This document shows positions 47,830-56,859 of a stretch of DNA of 64,000 bases, piece by piece. Below the pieces are notes generated by a model. The model did not search any database. It was not told the DNA's origin and worked only from the letters and a program-made list of their open reading frames with translations. Both the position numbers and the translations under genes were made by a program. The DNA lies in contig JAFGLL010000005.1 in NCBI GenBank assembly GCA_016928095.1, positions 1,102-65,101 on the forward strand, in the 5' to 3' direction. The DNA is from Thermoplasmatota archaeon. GTDB lineage: Archaea > Thermoplasmatota > Penumbrarchaeia > Penumbrarchaeales > Penumbrarchaeaceae. The number at the start of each line of letters is the position of its first letter. The first letter of the stretch is position 1.

Positions 47830-49549
47830 CTTTCTTGGACCTCAGGGCTATCGTTATTCCACCGACGAAACCACCCCAGATCGTTCCAAGGGTGAAGAGC
47901 ATCACGAACATCGTCGAGACCCCGAACACGAGATACCTTACCCTCTCACCATCCACCCTCAGGATATGGAACTGGTTCGGGGCGAATGTGGGTTCCGTGA
48001 CCGACCTTCCCTCTGAATCCACCAACTTGAAATAGAACCTGAGCTCGCTGTCCTTTGAGACCCTGAGGACCTCCGCTGTCAGACCGCCCTCATCGTCCTT
48101 CACGATGGGTGCGGTCATCCATTCGCCTTCTCCCCAGCAATAATATACCCTCGTACGGTCAAGGTTGATGGGATACGGGTATCCATGGTCCATGTATGTG
48201 AGTTTCAGCCGGATACCGTCACGTGTCTGCTCCCAGCTGGTCGAATTCTCATCGAACCTTATGAAACTCTCATAAGGGTTCGCGGCGGCATGGCAGAGAT
48301 AGAGGGTCGGATCCAGATTGATCCTGCAGTTGGTCATGATCTCTTCAGCAGGGATGGTATGACGGTCCCCTATCTCGAACGTGTATCCGAAGGTCCCATA
48401 CTGGGAGTAGAACCAATCGTTGAACTCGCCTGTAACGGGGTAGAGGTCGTATCCCTGCATGGGGGCATAACCGTTCATCTCCGCCATCCTGGTCCCGAGC
48501 TGCTCCATTACCTCTGCGTCCCTCGTCGGCTCCGGGGTATTGCCCCAGGGCCAGAGGACAAGCTCGGAATACGAGTGATAGGTGATCGCGACCGGATAAT
48601 GATGACTGTCGCCCAGGGCCCTTATTGCTATGGTCTCAGCTGATGAGAAACCCCCTGCCGGATCCTCGTCGACCTTTCCATCGCCATCATTATCGATCCC
48701 ATCCCAAGGGTCCTCATCTACTCCTTCGTCCGGCCCTAACGGTATGTATCCAGGACGTACATCTATCGGGATGATGGCATCTCCGTCATCATCGACATTG
48801 TCCGGTGGCCCTCTGTAAGAAGACCCGCTTGTAACCAAAACGTTCGACCCTCCAGACTCATGCCATGCCCACCCATAGTTCCTGTTGATGTCGACACCAT
48901 ACGATAGAGGGACCACATCCGGGGAGAGCAGACCACCTGGGCCGAACTCGATCAGATAATTGGGCTCCCTGTTCTTCCTCCAATTCCTATCGACCTCATG
49001 CGAATACTGAACCCCGTCGGGGTTCACCATCGGGATAAAATAGACCTCACGGTTGTCAACGATGTACGTGGATATGCTTCCATTCACCCCTCCACCTCCA
49101 TAATTGTTCACAAGGAACGAAAGGACATAGAGAGGGACCTCATATGATATCCATTCGTTACCATGATGGGCTCCAACAAGCAGGACGTTCTCCTCCACGG
49201 TAACTCCCCCATCATCCTCCAGGCCGGGATTGTCGGATAGCTTCAGGCACCATAGATCCCTGCCCTCATGGGTCTTCCCCATGGACCAGAGCTTGACTAT
49301 ATCGGATCTGGTCTGTTCCAGGAATTGCAGATACTCTGTCATGGTATTGTAATCGAAATATGATGTGAAGTTGGACTCCTCCATGACACCAGAGGGTGCC
49401 AGGATGGACAATGAGGTCCCGGCAGAACCTGTGCCGGTCCATTCCGCTTCCCTTGGCCCGCCCGATAGGAACAGAAGCGCGGAGCTTAGTAAAAGCACCG
49501 TGAACAGAATGGTCCTGGACAGGGGCCCTGAGGTGTTGGAGCCCTGCAT
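47819..49549 (-). CDS. Secreted and membrane-anchored M14-family zinc carboxypeptidase
   Basis: ATG verified at 49549. Signal peptide TILFTVLLLSSALLFL. Zinc-binding HHGNEW (HxxE). Ca-binding-like insert DGIDNDGDGKVDED. C-terminal TM MFVMLFTLGTIWGGFVGGITIAL. TATA-like TTATAT lies 24-29 nt upstream. Confidence 0.75.
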   Translation of the reverse strand: MQGSNTSGPLSRTILFTVLLLSSALLFLSGGPREAEWTGTGSAGTSLSILAPSGVMEESNFTSYFDYNTMTEYLQFLEQTRSDIVKLWSMGKTHEGRDLWCLKLSDNPGLEDDGGVTVEENVLLVGAHHGNEWISYEVPLYVLSFLVNNYGGGGVNGSISTYIVDNREVYFIPMVNPDGVQYSHEVDRNWRKNREPNYLIEFGPGGLLSPDVVPLSYGVDINRNYGWAWHESGGSNVLVTSGSSYRGPPDNVDDDGDAIIPIDVRPGYIPLGPDEGVDEDPWDGIDNDGDGKVDEDPAGGFSSAETIAIRALGDSHHYPVAITYHSYSELVLWPWGNTPEPTRDAEVMEQLGTRMAEMNGYAPMQGYDLYPVTGEFNDWFYSQYGTFGYTFEIGDRHTIPAEEIMTNCRINLDPTLYLCHAAANPYESFIRFDENSTSWEQTRDGIRLKLTYMDHGYPYPINLDRTRVYYCWGEGEWMTAPIVKDDEGGLTAEVLRVSKDSELRFYFKLVDSEGRSVTEPTFAPNQFHILRVDGERVRYLVFGVSTMFVMLFTLGTIWGGFVGGITIALRSKKGGD

Positions 49550-49572
49550 CGTGCTGGTAAGGTAACCTGGTG

Positions 49573-49578
49573 TTATAT
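49573..49578 (-). promoter_or_regulatory. TATA-like element (ATATAA on the minus strand) 24-29 nt upstream of the M14 carboxypeptidase ATG
   Basis: Only AT-rich hexamer at the appropriate distance on the minus strand. Confidence 0.4.
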
Positions 49579-49768
49579 CGTTTTCTATTCATCCAGAGGA
49601 ACGTTCAGGCATGGCTGGTTACGAGGGGCTACAAGAGGCCTTGGCGTGCCATGTTTCAGCGGGTCACGGGGCCGTCCGATGTTACTTTTAAAAAGGGGGA
49701 TCGGTCTCCACAGGAAATCCCCCCCAACCTTGAAATAATACCAATATGATAGGTCCTTATCCCCGCGG

Positions 49769-49779
49769 ATAAAATAAAT
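49769..49779 (+). promoter_or_regulatory. TATA box ATAAAATAAAT 17-27 nt upstream of the sensor-like gene ATG at 49796
   Basis: Sits in the 246-nt divergent intergenic region. The transcript is probably leaderless. Confidence 0.45.
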
Positions 49780-49795
49780 TCTGGGGTAATTCCGT

Positions 49796-51310
49796 ATGGG
49801 TGAATGGATACGCAAACTCTTCTCGGATAGCGTTAGCCAGTCCGCGAAGCAAAAAGGGGAAGACGCCTCCAACGAACAGCTAAGAGCTACCCGTGGTTCT
49901 TTCCGGATCGATAGATCGGGTTCGACTAGGAACGGGGAAACCGAGCTTGAGGATATCTTGGATATACGCTCCGCCATCTCCGGTCTCCTGTCCTCCCTTC
50001 TCGATGTCGAGGATATGCCCACCCTGACCGAGGTACTTTCCAGAGAACTCCCCGCCATAATACCTTTCGATATCGGTACCTTGAGATGGAACTCTCCCGA
50101 TAGCGGGTCCGAAGACCCTCTTTACCAGGTGGAGGACGATTTTCCGGAGAGCGCGGAGTTCATCGCCCTGGGAAGCATTCTTGAAGGTGCCAGCGACGTC
50201 CGGGTCCAAGGCCCTGAAGGGTTCCAGTGCGATGGAACATGGAGCGGGCATATGGATGGGATCTGTCGTGCCAGGACAATGGCGGGTGAACCTCTCCTTG
50301 TCCGTATGCACTCCGGACTCATCATTCCCCTTAACAGCAGGGACGGGTCGATCGGTGTGATACTGCTGTTCTCGACCCGGGAGGGAGCGATGGACGGAAA
50401 GGCCGATGATGAAGAAATGAGGCCGATCTGGAATGGGATCGGTTCAACACTTCGCCGGATCCTCGGGTCCATCGATGCTATGGACGAACTGCAACGGACC
50501 AGAGAGCTCCTCAACAGCAGCGATGAGCTTCTCGTCCTCTGGAAAGAGGCAGGGAACCTGTGGGAAATAGATTGCAACTCCAGAGCCGAGAGCTTTATCC
50601 AGAAGGACCGGATAACCCCCGAGATGATGGAGGGGCCTTTCTTCGCTCCACCCGGCAAGGAGTGGGACCGTGCCATGTCCGCATGGAGAAAGGCTTTCGA
50701 GGAGGGGGGAACGGACCTGGTGGAACTGAAACTCGTTTCGGTGAAAGGTGAGAGGATCCCGCATCTGTGCATCTTCTCCCCATATCAGAAGGATGACGAT
50801 GTCCTTGGTGTGAGGATGACCGGCATCCCCTCGGATTTCCTTATGAGGTCCATGGCCATGGTCAGGTCGGAGGAACCTCAAGTTCACCACGAACGGGTGG
50901 ACCTGTTCTCCCTCATCGGGGAAGAGATATGTTCACTCGGTGAGGATAGATACGGGATGGAAGTCCAAATGGAACCTCCCACCGGACCTCTGGAGATCAG
51001 CGGTCATCCAATGCTAAGGGTAGCTTTCAGGTCTCTCCTCGAGAGGGCCAGGGAGCTCTCTTTGCCCGGGCATGCGGTCTCGGTAGGGATCTCGACCGAT
51101 ATCCGGGGGATCAAGGTCTCGATCAAGTGCAAGGAGATACCCACGAGAGAAGAAGTCCACGAGGACGCTTCAGGGGGTGGGTCAGGGACCAAAGAGAAGA
51201 TACAATATGCAAGATGCATCATCGAGCTTCACGGTGGAAGCCTTGATAACGGAAGCAAGGGAGGAGAGGGCTCGATGTTCAGGGTCATGCTCCCATGGTC
51301 AACGCACTGA
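49796..51310 (+). CDS. Sensor-like protein with GAF/PAS-type regions and C-terminal HATPase_c-like domain (histidine-kinase-like ATPase)
   Basis: C-terminal GGGSGTKEKIQYARCIIELHGGSLDNGSKGGEGSMFRVMLPW resembles the G2 box/ATP lid of HATPase_c. No clear H-box. TATA ATAAAATAAAT lies 17-27 nt before the ATG. Confidence 0.4.
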   Translation: MGEWIRKLFSDSVSQSAKQKGEDASNEQLRATRGSFRIDRSGSTRNGETELEDILDIRSAISGLLSSLLDVEDMPTLTEVLSRELPAIIPFDIGTLRWNSPDSGSEDPLYQVEDDFPESAEFIALGSILEGASDVRVQGPEGFQCDGTWSGHMDGICRARTMAGEPLLVRMHSGLIIPLNSRDGSIGVILLFSTREGAMDGKADDEEMRPIWNGIGSTLRRILGSIDAMDELQRTRELLNSSDELLVLWKEAGNLWEIDCNSRAESFIQKDRITPEMMEGPFFAPPGKEWDRAMSAWRKAFEEGGTDLVELKLVSVKGERIPHLCIFSPYQKDDDVLGVRMTGIPSDFLMRSMAMVRSEEPQVHHERVDLFSLIGEEICSLGEDRYGMEVQMEPPTGPLEISGHPMLRVAFRSLLERARELSLPGHAVSVGISTDIRGIKVSIKCKEIPTREEVHEDASGGGSGTKEKIQYARCIIELHGGSLDNGSKGGEGSMFRVMLPWSTH

Positions 51311-52129
51311 TCACCATGGGTCGATCAGACCTCTCTTTACCGCATGTTCATAAGACCCGGATGTGAAATGGACCAGAAGATGGTTTCTGGCCGAGGAGGC
51401 TAGCTCCATTACCTGGTCAAGTGTTAGATGGACACCTGTTGACTCCGGTGAGGTTTCGGCAAACGTGGCCTCCATTATCAGAAGGTCGGAACCCTTGGCG
51501 AACTCCGTTATGGGCGAAATGTCACCAGTATCACCGGTATATACTACCGACTCGCCGTCCATTTCGAAGCGGTACGAGAGCGCGACCACAGGCCCCCCGA
51601 CCTTGCCGGGTCTGCTGTTGCGGTGCATTGAAGATATGCAGGATATTCCTACAAGGCCCATGTTCGCTCGAGCCCCATCATCTAGCGGTACAAGGTCTAT
51701 ATCGAACAGCGGCTCTTCCCAGAGATGGTCGGTGAAATGGTCGACGATGGATTCGATGGGGGCCGCATCCTGCGGATACAGTATCGGGAACGGGGCCTCC
51801 CTTCCTGAAAGCTGAAGGAAGTTGAGAAGTGTGACAAGACCCGCATAATGATCGTAATGCGGGTGAGATATCACAGCCCCGATGATGGCCTCTCCGGCTT
51901 CCTTCAGATTCCTTTCCGAAACATCATACCCTGTTTTCCTCCGGTAACGTTCGACCTCGATGATGTCCTGGACACAACCGTCCCCGCAGTCGACAATGAT
52001 GCGGCCTTGCGGGGTATCCAGAAAAATGTTGGTGGACAGACCGGCCAATGAATACCGGGTGAATACCTTGAAGACCCTGCCGGACCATGTCCTGACATGG
52101 GGTGGTGGGGGGAGATCGTGATCCGCCAT
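51311..52129 (-). CDS. Metallo-beta-lactamase (MBL)-fold metallohydrolase (RNase Z-like)
   Basis: HxHxDH motif ISHPHYDHYAG. Additional D/H ligands (TGDTGD, HFT). 272 aa. Confidence 0.65.
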   Translation of the reverse strand: MADHDLPPPPHVRTWSGRVFKVFTRYSLAGLSTNIFLDTPQGRIIVDCGDGCVQDIIEVERYRRKTGYDVSERNLKEAGEAIIGAVISHPHYDHYAGLVTLLNFLQLSGREAPFPILYPQDAAPIESIVDHFTDHLWEEPLFDIDLVPLDDGARANMGLVGISCISSMHRNSRPGKVGGPVVALSYRFEMDGESVVYTGDTGDISPITEFAKGSDLLIMEATFAETSPESTGVHLTLDQVMELASSARNHLLVHFTSGSYEHAVKRGLIDPW

Positions 52130-52163
52130 GGGACCGAAATGACGACCTGAATGAAAACCTTAT

Positions 52164-53300
52164 CTAATTATAGAGCGGGACCGGAAGCTTCTTTCTCCTC
52201 CGACGTTCGACGTTCCTGGAATAATGCCTCCTCTTCCTGTATCCCACGAAAAGGTCCGTGATGTCCTGCGACCGTGATTTCTTGAACGATGACCTTTTCA
52301 GGTACCCCCGATCCTCCGCGTTCCTCACAAGCTCCATACCCCTGTCGGTCCTTATCACCGGGGCTCCGAAAGAGATATCCGAGAGCTCGCCTGAATAGTC
52401 CGGACAGAACATGCACCTGGGCCATTTGGGACCCATATTGACGTTTCGGAGAAAACTGCTGATGAGCATCTCCTTTGTTATGATATTTCCATCGATGGTC
52501 CTGACCTCCAATCCGATCCTTGTCGAGGAGACCTTTCGATAACGGAAGGACCTTACATTATTCGCGGGGACGTCCATCAACCTCGATACCGTCGCTCTCC
52601 AACCATCCTCGCTCATATTGGGAGCTCCGCAGTTCAATGATATCAGGTATTCGATCTTCGATGTGAGGTGTTCCAAGGCAGGGTCGGCCTGCATGTTCCT
52701 CACCGCCTGGACCTGACATGGCAGGCCAACGACTGCGATCTTCTTGATATCCGGGTCCTTTTGGACCAATGGTAGCAACGTCAGCACCGAGCTGAAAACA
52801 TATTTGGATGATGCAGCCTGGATGACCTCCTCCTTTGTCCGGGCTATGATCCCTTTCCCGGTCGATAGACTGCCATTGTCCGACCAGTCGGTGACCAGTG
52901 CAGCATCGATCGATCGCGCCTCCAGTGCGGCGGCCAGGACAGAAGATACCCTGCCCCCGAAATATCCGGCCTTCATGAATTCCCGGGAGACAGAGGTCAG
53001 ATGCCTCCTCTCTTGGTATATTCCGTTCTTCCCCCCTGGGCGGGACCTCCTTGAACGTGAGAAAAGACGCTTCTCATGGGCCGACATGTCCACACCTTTT
53101 CCGGGACATATCCTGAGACATGCTCCGCATTTGATACAATCGCCGATCAGCACAATACTCTCTTTTCCAAACTCAAGGACATTGACCGGACAGGAAGCAA
53201 CACATCCCCCGCAACGGGTGCACAGCCCTGCATCCACGACCTCCCTTCTGAGGTCCTCGAAACCCACCCCGTTCAGAAGACAACCTCCCTCAACCTTCAT
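52164..53300 (-). CDS. Coenzyme F420-dependent oxidoreductase beta-subunit family protein (FrhB/FdhB/FqoF-like) with N-terminal 2x[4Fe-4S] ferredoxin domain
   Basis: CTRCGGCVASCP and CIKCGACLRICP ferredoxin motifs. FrhB_FdhB N and C regions follow (VVGLPCQVQAVR, LISLNCGAP, CMFCPDYSGELSDISFG). Start taken at ATG 53300 (GGTGGA upstream) to avoid a 62-nt overlap. Confidence 0.65.
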   Translation of the reverse strand: MKVEGGCLLNGVGFEDLRREVVDAGLCTRCGGCVASCPVNVLEFGKESIVLIGDCIKCGACLRICPGKGVDMSAHEKRLFSRSRRSRPGGKNGIYQERRHLTSVSREFMKAGYFGGRVSSVLAAALEARSIDAALVTDWSDNGSLSTGKGIIARTKEEVIQAASSKYVFSSVLTLLPLVQKDPDIKKIAVVGLPCQVQAVRNMQADPALEHLTSKIEYLISLNCGAPNMSEDGWRATVSRLMDVPANNVRSFRYRKVSSTRIGLEVRTIDGNIITKEMLISSFLRNVNMGPKWPRCMFCPDYSGELSDISFGAPVIRTDRGMELVRNAEDRGYLKRSSFKKSRSQDITDLFVGYRKRRHYSRNVERRRRKKLPVPLYN

Positions 53301-56300
53301 CTTCGGTCCACTTTCCACCTGTCCCTCCGACCGAGGCGATGTCCTCATCATAGAGTGCCTCCGAACCTTCGAGCTCCATTACGACCTGAGGGTCGGCCGG
53401 CGTCCTTCTGAGAAAAACGAACAGGAGGAACAGCAGTGCGATCAGGGCTATCGCGATCCCGATCCCGCCCAGTATCATCTGAAGGTCCACCTTGCTGTCT
53501 GACCCATTTTCATCTTCAATATCGCCTATGATGTTCACCTTGAACACCAGATACACGGTGTTCACTCCATCCGAGATCGAGACCCTGACATGGTTCAGAC
53601 CAGTATCTTCCGAGGACCCGTTGATGTGCAGGAACCCGTCCTCCCCTACCCATACAATGGATGAATTGCTGCCGAATGCCAGCGGGTCCCCTTCCTCGTC
53701 TGTCACATTGATACGGATAACCCTTATCTCCCCCACGTTCAGCGTTACATCGGGCACCTCCTGAACCTCAGGCGGATCGTTGACCCCGATAACGGTGATC
53801 CTTAGTGTAAGGAAAGACCGTTCACCCTCCGCATCCCTGATGATCAATTCAAGATCGTTGATGCCCACATCCTCCTGCACCGGCTCCCACTGGACAATTC
53901 CGGTGAATTGGTCAACAGAAATGCGGTCGCCCTCGTAATGGAAAGTAAAGGACCCGCTATCCACATCGGCACCTATCAACTGGAACGAGAAGGGTTCATC
54001 CTCGAGGATGGAAAGCTCGATGACACCCTGAACCGCATCAACGAAGATGGGGGGGTCGTTGACTGGCAAGACAGTGATATTGACGGTCGTCATCAAAATG
54101 GAGAGGCCGTCGGAAACGGATAGCTCGACCCGGGCGTCTCCCCACCAATCCGGAGGGGGGAAGTAAATAAGGAACTTGCCCTCATCCCCCCGGTCATCGA
54201 TACTGGCGGTCATGTTCGCAGTGGAAAAGACCAGGAACTCCAGGCCTTCCGCCAGGGTATCATCGTCCGTGACCATTCCATCGAGACGGAGGGTGTTCGA
54301 CCTGGAATCCTCCAATATGGTGATCGTCGGAGGAGTCTCCCATCTCGGTGGAAGGTCTATCTGCAATAGTGAACGTACCGGTTCATCCGTGAAGTCCGGC
54401 GGATACCTGTCCATCGGGTCCATGATAATGAACATCAGGCTATCTTTTAGCGGAGCCTGGAAAGGTATGGTTCCATTTCCCCAGCCATCCGCTGCTATTA
54501 CATTCAGAGGGATAACTTCTGAGATGGCTGTACCGTTCAGGTCGGGGTCCCCAATGAACAGCTGGACCTCGAGCGGAGCATCGACAAGACCCAGGTTGAG
54601 GACGCTGAAGTCTATGGTGAGCTCTGCATCCGGAGCCGACATGGAAAACGGTCTGATAGCTCCGGAATCCACACTGAACTCGAATTGAGGCCCCGGATTA
54701 TCGAACCATATCTCCAGATGATCGTTCATATGGTCCAGATCGGGAGATGTGGAATCCAGGTCCATCAGGAAACCATGGTATCCCGGCCTCACGGTCCAGT
54801 TGAAGGACGTTCCCACCACCTGGTCAGGCTCTATCGTTCCGAGCTGATATGACACATAAGGTCCTGAAGGGTCCCCGTTACCACCTTCGTATGTGACGTG
54901 AAAGCCCACGTTCTCGGCTGACATCCCGCCTCTGTTTCCCACTTCCAGGTTGACCGAGACCTCCTCCCCTATGGACGAGTTCTCGGGGGTCACCTGATAT
55001 GATGCCGAGATGTAGATGTCAGAGACCGCAGGTTGAACCGTGTATTGATAGAAAGATGGGACCATGTTGTGTCCCGAAAGTGTAAGGTTTATGCTTTTAG
55101 AGCTTCCAAGGTCAAGTGTCGCATTGACCCATCCGTCAGCGTTCCCGGTGAGAACGATATAGACATCATCGTTGTAAATGGTGACCCGTGGGTTCGGGAC
55201 CGGTACCTTGTCACGGTCGTAAATTATGAACCTTGTCGTATGGTTGCCGTTGTAGAAGTTCGTGCCTACCGCTGCCGTTCCCATGAACTTCCTTGCCGGT
55301 GCCGTGTAGATGTCAACATATGGATCGCCCAACAATATATATCCATAGATCATGCTCAATATCGTCTCTTTGACCTCCATTTCCGGGGTCAGCCACTTGT
55401 TCTCGTACCTGTCCTTCAGGACGAAAAGGGTCCTCCCAGGTCGGGTCTCTCCAGACCCCAAGAAGAGCTTCCAGAACTCCTCGTCGAGGTACCAGTTACC
55501 CCAGGATCTGGTCATCTCTTCACCCCTTGCCGAGGTCCCGGTGGATGATATCAGGCCGATGGCCCCACCGGTGGACGAGGTCAGCCAGGTCTCCAGGGAC
55601 TTATCCTCATAGTAGCCTGTCTGGAAGAACTTGGCCGAATCGCAGGTCGATGCATATATGAAAGACATCATGTCCCCGTTGGAGAATATCGAATGGTCCG
55701 AGTACCCCAAAGGCTCGTTCCAGATCCATGTGGTCCCGTTACCCGTGGGGGGCCCGTAGTCGTTCAGGGCATAGGCCTCATACCTTGCCTGACCGGCGAA
55801 GTTCAGCATGGATGCACCGGCATTGAACGCACTCAGCATGTTGGCCCTGTTCAGAGTATCCTTCCCATCCGTGGTAGAGTAGTTGCCACCCTCCAGCTGC
55901 GGATAGTCATAGAGGGCTTTCAGTTCGATCTGAGGTGGCAGGTTCCCTTCCACCTTCTTTGCCACCTTATATGCGTTGGACTTGTAATCATAGTAACGGT
56001 TAGGGTCGAAGTTCCTGTTGGGGGGCTCCATCACCGATGCCCAGTTCAGGAACCTCTCCATCCATGAACCCAGGGGCGGGTTCTTCTCGTATCTTAGCAG
56101 TTTGTTCACGTAGTTGGCGGCCTGTCCCTCGGTGGAAGCGGGGACCCTTCCGACGTAAATATCCCATTCCAGATCCCCTTCTACCTCCCCGAGGACGGAC
56201 AATTCTCCGAACTTGGAATCCCCATCCGCATCCCAATCGGAATCGAGACCGGCATAATAAACGTCCGAATAATGATAGTTATCGAACGGCTGGCCCCTGT

Positions 56301-56829
56301 CGTAAGCATAGTGCCACAACGGTCTTGGCATAAGATGCTCTGAATCTCCGACTATGAGGAGCCACATGAAGGAGGGATAGGCATCATGAAGGGAGCGGAG
56401 GAAATTATGGACCTTCTGTTCGCGGTCAATACCGGAGTATGTGCTCTCGATCGGCTCGATGGTGTATACCCTTGCGGGAAGTCCGGTCTTTGTCCTGTGA
56501 ACGGCCAGCGGTATTACCTTCTCTTTGAACTCATCCGGACACAGGATAACATACGCTGGATCGAGTTTTGGGAACACCACTCCCAGTGGTATCTCGTCAA
56601 CAAGCACACCCCCGGCCCGTGTCATGGGCTCGGTTACGGGTTTCGAGGAACCCCCCGTATAGAGAGTGGGCACCAGCAGTATGATGACCAGCAGAAGGAC
56701 AGATAGTTGTAAACATGCACCGCCGGAGAGCTTCCGCTCGAGTGATGGTGGATACATTTCAAGGCTCCCGAATGGCACCATCTGATAGATGGAAGATATC
56801 CTTTTCGGTCCCATGTGAAGATCGAGCAA
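53290..56829 (-). CDS. Large surface protein: putative clan CD gingipain-like (C25) cysteine peptidase domain plus cadherin-like repeats, C-terminal TM anchor
   Basis: Signal-anchor LQLSVLLLVIILLV. GYSDHSIF ... IYASTCDSAKF resembles the gingipain His/Cys dyad motifs (HGSETAW / ACVNGDF), with shorter spacing. IYVGRVPASTEGQAANYVNKLLRYE is C25-like. VNDPP cadherin-like repeats. C-terminal TM IGIAIALIALLFLLFVFL. Confidence 0.45.
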   Translation of the reverse strand: MLDLHMGPKRISSIYQMVPFGSLEMYPPSLERKLSGGACLQLSVLLLVIILLVPTLYTGGSSKPVTEPMTRAGGVLVDEIPLGVVFPKLDPAYVILCPDEFKEKVIPLAVHRTKTGLPARVYTIEPIESTYSGIDREQKVHNFLRSLHDAYPSFMWLLIVGDSEHLMPRPLWHYAYDRGQPFDNYHYSDVYYAGLDSDWDADGDSKFGELSVLGEVEGDLEWDIYVGRVPASTEGQAANYVNKLLRYEKNPPLGSWMERFLNWASVMEPPNRNFDPNRYYDYKSNAYKVAKKVEGNLPPQIELKALYDYPQLEGGNYSTTDGKDTLNRANMLSAFNAGASMLNFAGQARYEAYALNDYGPPTGNGTTWIWNEPLGYSDHSIFSNGDMMSFIYASTCDSAKFFQTGYYEDKSLETWLTSSTGGAIGLISSTGTSARGEEMTRSWGNWYLDEEFWKLFLGSGETRPGRTLFVLKDRYENKWLTPEMEVKETILSMIYGYILLGDPYVDIYTAPARKFMGTAAVGTNFYNGNHTTRFIIYDRDKVPVPNPRVTIYNDDVYIVLTGNADGWVNATLDLGSSKSINLTLSGHNMVPSFYQYTVQPAVSDIYISASYQVTPENSSIGEEVSVNLEVGNRGGMSAENVGFHVTYEGGNGDPSGPYVSYQLGTIEPDQVVGTSFNWTVRPGYHGFLMDLDSTSPDLDHMNDHLEIWFDNPGPQFEFSVDSGAIRPFSMSAPDAELTIDFSVLNLGLVDAPLEVQLFIGDPDLNGTAISEVIPLNVIAADGWGNGTIPFQAPLKDSLMFIIMDPMDRYPPDFTDEPVRSLLQIDLPPRWETPPTITILEDSRSNTLRLDGMVTDDDTLAEGLEFLVFSTANMTASIDDRGDEGKFLIYFPPPDWWGDARVELSVSDGLSILMTTVNITVLPVNDPPIFVDAVQGVIELSILEDEPFSFQLIGADVDSGSFTFHYEGDRISVDQFTGIVQWEPVQEDVGINDLELIIRDAEGERSFLTLRITVIGVNDPPEVQEVPDVTLNVGEIRVIRINVTDEEGDPLAFGSNSSIVWVGEDGFLHINGSSEDTGLNHVRVSISDGVNTVYLVFKVNIIGDIEDENGSDSKVDLQMILGGIGIAIALIALLFLLFVFLRRTPADPQVVMELEGSEALYDEDIASVGGTGGKWTEDEG

Positions 56830-56859
56830 TGTAATTTGTATATCGTGATACGCGAGGTT

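Noticed and set aside
49585-50058. 157-aa minus-strand ORF spanning the 49.55-49.8 kb intergenic region and the start of the sensor-like gene
   Set aside because: It crosses two TATA elements and the 5' end of a well-supported plus-strand gene, and it has no recognisable motif.
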